Shown piece after piece: positions 9,473 through 13,770 of a stretch of 13,770 bases of DNA (its first letter is position 1; each line of letters begins with the position of its first letter). A program made the position numbers and the translations under genes. The notes below the pieces were generated by a model. That model was not told the origin of the DNA, did no database searches, and saw only the letters and a list, made by a program, of their open reading frames with translations. The stretch comes from Candidatus Thorarchaeota archaeon (GTDB lineage: Archaea > Asgardarchaeota > Thorarchaeia > Thorarchaeales > Thorarchaeaceae), in the NCBI GenBank assembly GCA_016933575.1, contig JAFGAR010000150.1, positions 1 to 13,770 of the forward strand, given 5' to 3'.

Positions 9473-9566
9473 ATTGGTATTTGTAATATTGGTTTGTGCA
9501 GCAAATGGTTTATCACACAAACCATTATTTAAAGCTATTGCTTGCGATGCTTTGCGGATATATAAA
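9473..9566 (-). promoter_or_regulatory. Promoter/operator region of the CPBP pair: inverted repeat, phased TGGT boxes and TATA candidates
   Basis: AATAtTGGTTTGTG (9485-9498) pairs with CACAAACCAtTATT (9516-9529). TGGT occurs at 9475, 9490 and 9506, and ACCA at 9521. Minus-strand TATA candidates are TTTAAA (9533-9528) and TTTATATA (9566-9559). Confidence 0.5.
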
Positions 9567-9713
9567 GCAGAGATAGCCCTGCGTTCTCTCAGATATACTT
9601 TGATAGGCTTTCGGGCGAATCTTCTCAGGGATTACCTTTACTTGAATGGCGAATTAGCTATAGCAGTCCATAGAAGATGACTCGGGTAACAGTCATTGCG
9701 CCAAATAGGTATC

Positions 9714-9719
9714 TTATAT
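9714..9719 (+). promoter_or_regulatory. TATA box for a probably leaderless MBL hydrolase mRNA
   Basis: TTATAT ends 24 nt before ATG 9743, and there is no SD motif. Confidence 0.5.
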
Positions 9720-9742
9720 TCAACCATGTTTCAAAGTGTAAT

Positions 9743-10528
9743 ATGATTCTCTCTCGAAATATAAAGATAGGAATAGTTGCGATATTCATTGTGGGACTGG
9801 CAACGCCCGTAGCTCTGATTGCCATTCTTAATTCTCCTCCACAAAATACCATCAACCTTACATTACTCGACAACGCCGGAGTAATGATAGAAGCAGGTGA
9901 TGTACGGATATACATCGATCCGTATCTATTACCTGATAATTATACGGAGAAACCTGCCGACATAATACTAGTGACGCATCCGCACGGTGACCACTATCAT
10001 TATGCGTCAATCTCAGATATAGCTACAGAGGATACGATATTCATCTTTCCCGAGAACATGTCCACAGAGATAGCAAGACATGATGCTATTGGTGTGAATC
10101 CAGGAGATAGCATTCAAGTCGGCGATATCAATATCACTGCATTCTACATGTATACAACTGCTCCAGAGGGATATGAGCCTAGCCATCCCCCTGAGGCAAA
10201 TTGGACGAGCTACATCATTGATATCAATGGGTTCACAATTTTCCACGCCGGAGACTCGAAATGCATCCCAGAATATGAACAACTTACTGGGAAGATCAAT
10301 GTCGCATTATTACCACTAGGTCCTGGTTGTCAGACCATGTATAGGAGTGAAGTCGTTGATGCCATTGAGGTCATCGAACCTGACTACTTCATTCCGATAC
10401 ATTACACGGAGGATGAGTTTGACACGTTCTGTTCTCTCTATGACACTCAGATAGAGAACTTGGGATGTACAATGCTAGCAATGACATACTTCAGCTCGCA
10501 TATCTTTGCCCCTTCAGATGAATCCTAA
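9743..10528 (+). CDS. MBL-fold metallo-hydrolase (UPF0173/Lactamase_B_3-like) with N-terminal membrane anchor or signal, 261 aa
   Basis: IYIDPY, ILVTHPHGDH (HxHxDH), FHAGDS and IPIHY motifs. N-terminal RNIK followed by IGIVAIFIVGLATPVALIAIL. Confidence 0.9.
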   Translation: MILSRNIKIGIVAIFIVGLATPVALIAILNSPPQNTINLTLLDNAGVMIEAGDVRIYIDPYLLPDNYTEKPADIILVTHPHGDHYHYASISDIATEDTIFIFPENMSTEIARHDAIGVNPGDSIQVGDINITAFYMYTTAPEGYEPSHPPEANWTSYIIDINGFTIFHAGDSKCIPEYEQLTGKINVALLPLGPGCQTMYRSEVVDAIEVIEPDYFIPIHYTEDEFDTFCSLYDTQIENLGCTMLAMTYFSSHIFAPSDES

Positions 10529-10547
10529 TCTAAATCTCTCTATTTAT

Positions 10548-10629
10548 CTCGAAACCGAGGTGAGAATTGATCTGCTGATTCTCACCTCCCATTTCGAGGT
10601 TAACTTCAATTGACCAAGCCTTTTTCTTC
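10548..10629 (+). terminator. Long intergenic hairpin followed by a T-rich tract downstream of the MBL gene
   Basis: CTCGAAA (10548-54) pairs with TTTCGAG (10592-98), enclosing GAGGTGAGAAT/ATTCTCACCTC (11 perfect bp). TTTTTCTT follows at 10621. Confidence 0.5.
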
Positions 10630-10664
10630 AGATCACTCCAGCATATCAGACGGAGCTACTTAGG

Positions 10665-11465
10665 ATGCCAAATGAGCCCATGTTTAGAAAAATGACGGAA
10701 GCAGACTGGGAAGCATTTCACGCGTTTGATCGATCTGCGTTCCCAGACGATTCCATGTCTGAGGAGTTCTTCTTCAGAAGACTCGAACGTGACGGATTCT
10801 ACTCACTTGATGTTGGAGAGGAGATAGTCGGACAACTTATCATCGCGCCTTTCGGAGAGAATGAAGGGCATCTCGGTAGAATAGCGATAGCTCCTACGCA
10901 TCAGGGCAAAGGATACGGGAAATACCTTATGAGAAAGGCTATGGAGTTGTTCAAGGAACAGGGGTATCGAAGAGTCCATCTCTATACGCAGGATCATAAC
11001 ACTATTGCACAGGGTTTGTACAAGCAATTCGGATTCGAGAAGAGTGGAACGAGCTGGCACTACTTTGTACCACTTGATACATTGAGCCCCTCTGGCGAGT
11101 ATCATTGCCAGCCCGTCCAAGAGAATGAGATTGATTCCGTTGGAGAAAGGTATGAATCATTGCCTTCATTACAGATCAGAAGATTGCTCGAGTTTCCAGA
11201 AAACCCTGTACTGATCCTTAAGGATTCAGAGGGAAATCTCAAAGGAGCGTGTCGATTCACGCCGAGCTTTCCGGGATGCTTTCCCTTCGAAGTAGATGAA
11301 CCAGGTGGCTTCGATGACTTCATTTTTGGATTGACACCTTACACTCTTCCTGATTTCGACTACGTTCGAGTCACATTCGTGAATAATGAGAAGTTAGCAA
11401 TCATCTGTAATCAAAGAGGGTACAAGTTGCACCATAGGCTTTACAAAATGACAGCCGAAATATGA
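10665..11465 (+). CDS. GNAT family N-acetyltransferase (RimI-like N-terminal domain plus C-terminal second domain)
   Basis: Acetyl-CoA motif A IAIAPTHQGKGYGK and motif B NTIAQGLYKQFGF. Confidence 0.9.
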   Translation: MPNEPMFRKMTEADWEAFHAFDRSAFPDDSMSEEFFFRRLERDGFYSLDVGEEIVGQLIIAPFGENEGHLGRIAIAPTHQGKGYGKYLMRKAMELFKEQGYRRVHLYTQDHNTIAQGLYKQFGFEKSGTSWHYFVPLDTLSPSGEYHCQPVQENEIDSVGERYESLPSLQIRRLLEFPENPVLILKDSEGNLKGACRFTPSFPGCFPFEVDEPGGFDDFIFGLTPYTLPDFDYVRVTFVNNEKLAIICNQRGYKLHHRLYKMTAEI

Positions 11466-11760
11466 AGCAAATATCGCATATTTGAGAAATCCGAATCATG
11501 GAGAAAGCATCACGGATTCTTCTTAATATTCCACCCATTCTCAGGTTCGCGAAAAAAGATGACTAGAGAGAGAACGAATCAACGAGCGATCATATCATCG
11601 AAACCTCTTGAAGAGATATCCACGTGCAGAAATATAAAGACCATACATTTCAAAACTGACCTTAGGAACAGAGAATCTAATGTTTTCTGTCAGTAGGCGC
11701 TTTTCTTTGCCATGAGGTTTCAAATACATATGCCTATAAGGGTATGATATGCACACAAAC

Positions 11761-11884
11761 TTGCAGGACATCAAGCAGGATGCGCCTTATCAGAAAGAGA
11801 TTCGTGATTGGTTTCAACCGTTCGCACCTCCCCGATGGATACGCTACTTTTGAACGACCTGCAATCAATTATGCTTCGGCATAA
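11761..11884 (+). ncRNA. Candidate structured cis-regulatory 5' leader RNA of the SSB gene
   Basis: Closing stem TTGCAGG (11761-67)/CCTGCAA (11858-64), internal hairpin 11804-11825, and terminal TTATGC-TTCG-GCATAA hairpin (11869-84). TATAAG lies at 11735-40. Folded by eye only. Confidence 0.5.
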
Positions 11885-11897
11885 GTGAGTGATACAC

Positions 11898-12503
11898 ATG
11901 AGTTACGAACGAGAGCCTGTAGAGGCCCAAGTGGCTGACCTGAAGCCACGCATGAAGAATCTTGTAATCACATTCAAGGTTCTTGAAATAGGTGAGGAAC
12001 GCGAGGTTTCCTCCCGAAATGATGGAGCAACCCACAGAGTCTTAGATGCCGTTGTCGGAGATGCGACAGGCACAGTTGCAGTCCCATGCTGGGATGACAC
12101 TATTGACATGCTTGAAGTAGGAAAGACCTTCACTCTGAAGAATGGCTACACCGGCTTATTCAGAGGAAACCTTCGACTTAACATCGGTAAGTATGGAGAA
12201 CTTTCAGAAGCTGAAACACCCATTGAAGAAGTCAACATGGAGAACGACATGTCTGCTGAAGAGCATGAAGACACACGGCGTTCCTATCGAGGCGGCGGCG
12301 GTGGTGGCCGAGGCGGCGGCGGTGGATACCGAAGCGGTGGCGGCGGAGACCGAGGCTATGGCGGTGGTGGTGGCGGCAGCTATGGCGGCGGTGGTGGCGG
12401 CAGCTATGGCGGCGGTGGAAGAGATCGTGGCTATGGCGGCGGTGGCGGCGGAAGAGACCGACGTGACCGTGGCAACAGTCGTGGCGGCGGAAGACGCTAC
12501 TAA
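11898..12503 (+). CDS. ssb: Single-OB-fold single-stranded nucleic acid binding protein (archaeal SSB/RPA type) with long Gly/Arg/Tyr-rich tail, 201 aa
   Basis: VADLKP, FKVLEIGEEREV, HRVLDAVVGDATGTV..PCWD and LKNGYTGLFRGNLRLNIGKYG match crenarchaeal/Thermoplasmata-type single-OB SSB. SD-like GAGTGA precedes ATG 11898. Confidence 0.88.
   Translation: MSYEREPVEAQVADLKPRMKNLVITFKVLEIGEEREVSSRNDGATHRVLDAVVGDATGTVAVPCWDDTIDMLEVGKTFTLKNGYTGLFRGNLRLNIGKYGELSEAETPIEEVNMENDMSAEEHEDTRRSYRGGGGGGRGGGGGYRSGGGGDRGYGGGGGGSYGGGGGGSYGGGGRDRGYGGGGGGRDRRDRGNSRGGGRRY
12288..12500 (+). repeat. GC-rich low-complexity GGN repeat encoding the RGG/YGG tail, including a 24-nt tandem unit (YGGGGGGS)
   Basis: CTATGGCGGYGGTGGTGGCGGCAG at 12356-12379 and 12380-12403, with a partial copy at 12404-12418. 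Confidence 0.9.
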
Positions 12504-12528
12504 GATTCATCCAATTTGGGTAAATACT

Positions 12529-12569
12529 AAGAATGGGTTGTAGAATGCAACCCATTTTTCCTTCTTTCT
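12529..12569 (+). terminator. Hairpin plus pyrimidine-tract terminator of the SSB gene
   Basis: AATGGGTTGTA-gaa-TGCAACCCATT (12532-12556), followed by TTTCCTTCTTTCT. Confidence 0.7.
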
Positions 12570-12662
12570 AATAGCCTATTCATGCTTTGACGTTCTTTAT
12601 GGACATCTTCAAGGCGTTTCGTTTCATACCATAAATGTAATCAAGTCTGAATTGAAGTAAAC

Positions 12663-12992
12663 CTACTCCACATTTAGTAATTCAACCTCGAACACCAATG
12701 TTGAGTTGGGTGGTATCAGACCGTTTCCGACATCTCGAGTGCCATAAGCCATTTCAGGAGGAATCGTTAGTCTTCTCTTCCCGCCAATCCTCATAGACAT
12801 CACACCTTCATCCCATCCTCGAATTACCTGTCCAACACCGATGGTGAACTCAAAAGGCTCACCTCTGTCCACTGAACTATCGAACTTCTTACCATCAGTA
12901 AGCCATCCAGTGTAATGTACGACAACCTTCTGACCGCGTTGGGGTGTTTCGCCACTTCCGACCACTAGGTCCTCGATCTGTAGATCTGACAT
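12663..12992 (-). CDS. Short FKBP-type peptidyl-prolyl cis-trans isomerase (FKBP12-like), 109 aa
   Basis: VVVHYTGWLTDGKKFDSS, GQVIRGWDEG, IPPEMAYG and IPPNSTLVFEVELL. The start is set to MSDLQ (12992), with TATATTAA at 13025-13018. Confidence 0.95.
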   Translation of the reverse strand: MSDLQIEDLVVGSGETPQRGQKVVVHYTGWLTDGKKFDSSVDRGEPFEFTIGVGQVIRGWDEGVMSMRIGGKRRLTIPPEMAYGTRDVGNGLIPPNSTLVFEVELLNVE

Positions 12993-13115
12993 AGGCTTTT
13001 TCCTTCCTGCTGCCATATTAATATACCATATCCCGTGCTGCATTCGGTACCAATTCTGCGGAGCGGCAAGAACAAGAAAACCCTTCGAACCCTCAAAGTA
13101 AGAAAGGTGTTCATC

Positions 13116-13719
13116 ATGGATATTACACCTGAACTAAAGGAACTGGGACTATCAGAGGTCATCCATCGGCTACAAGGTATGGAATAAACAGATGTCTGTG
13201 AAAGGATCGTAGACTTCTTCTTCGGAGAGGAAAATGGTCAATGCAGGAGGGATGTCAAATGGAGGCACCACGATCTAGCAGGAGTGAAACTCGGTCATGT
13301 GGGAAGTCAAAGTTCATACGACCAACGAGCGATCGAGATAAACGAGATCTATGTGGGACAAGCATCTCTGAATCGCACCTACACCATTTATGATGGATCA
13401 TATGTAGAGTTCATCGCTGATACACTTCATCATCACCGAGGAGATGACTGCTTGTTTTTGCCATCTAAGAGTCTCGACAGACATTCAGCATACAGAGGGC
13501 AGCTCGCGGCAATCCTGTATTTGCTCAACGAGTACTGGGATTACTTCAACGAATTGACTCTCCTCACAGAATCTTGAATGGATGGTAGACTACAACCATC
13601 ATCATACGATCATCATCTATGGAGACCAGGAAGCAGCTCGTGCAAAGTTCTTGACCGAAGATCGAAGGAAATGGCAAGACCGAGTTCTCAGTTTCAATCT
13701 ATATCCGAAACATGAGTGA
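13116..13719 (+). pseudogene. Disrupted ~200-aa hypothetical gene (one nonsense codon, one frameshift)
   Basis: AGGTG SD (13105-09) and ATG 13116 give MDITPELKELGLSEVIHRLQGME, then TAA (13185-87). The same frame continues open through the 13284-13577 ORF. A shift near 13573 gives LEWMVDYNHHHTIIIYGDQEAARAKFL...PKHE, ending at TGA 13719. Confidence 0.6.
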
Positions 13720-13770
13720 TATCTGAGTATAAGGATTTGACACTCGAATCCTGTTTGAACATGCCTGGAC

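Noticed and set aside
9474-9915. ORFs 9474-9680 (+) and 9658-9915 (-)
   Set aside because: They cross a promoter region or run antisense to the MBL gene and have no motif or SD support.
10548-10598. Hairpin as a SECIS element
   Set aside because: It has no AUGA/GA or GAA/A core in the proper position, and the flanking genes have no in-frame TGA.
11466-11734. Possible small gene or tRNA in the GNAT-ssb intergenic region
   Set aside because: No credible ORF or cloverleaf was seen, only short AT-rich inverted repeats.
11786-11841. CTTATCAGAAAGAG resembles the start of a SAM-I riboswitch (CUUAUCAAGAG)
   Set aside because: The kink-turn/pseudoknot region, GCAAC, GGUGC and the matching 3' P1 strand are not present, and the downstream gene is unrelated to sulfur metabolism.
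12142-12555. Ala/Val-rich ORF 12142-12543 (+) and His/Arg-rich ORF 12232-12555 (-)
   Set aside because: These are shadow frames of the GGN glycine repeat of ssb, which lacks stop codons in the other frames.

Overview
Archaeal chromosomal window. The gene content, TATA-box promoters, mixed leaderless/SD starts and NosD-plus-Ig-repeat surface protein suggest an Asgard archaeon, probably Thorarchaeia; this is inference, not a database result. It holds ten intact CDSs and one probable pseudogene. In order: a 5'-truncated >1400-aa beta-helix/7x Ig-like membrane-anchored surface protein; a class II aldolase; a HemL-like class III aminotransferase; a stand-alone 7TM protein; two overlapping CPBP intramembrane proteases; a membrane-anchored MBL-fold hydrolase; a GNAT acetyltransferase; a single-OB-fold SSB/RPA with a long RGG/YGG tail; a short FKBP12-like PPIase; and a doubly disrupted gene at the right end. 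The most striking unexplained signal is the SSB transcription unit. It has a ~125-nt, apparently multi-stem 5' leader ending in a cUUCGg hairpin next to the ribosome-binding site, a glycine-rich tail like those of RNA-binding proteins, and a strong hairpin/U-tract terminator. Together these make it a candidate cis-regulated RNA-chaperone module. No rRNA, tRNA, CRISPR array or transposase was seen.
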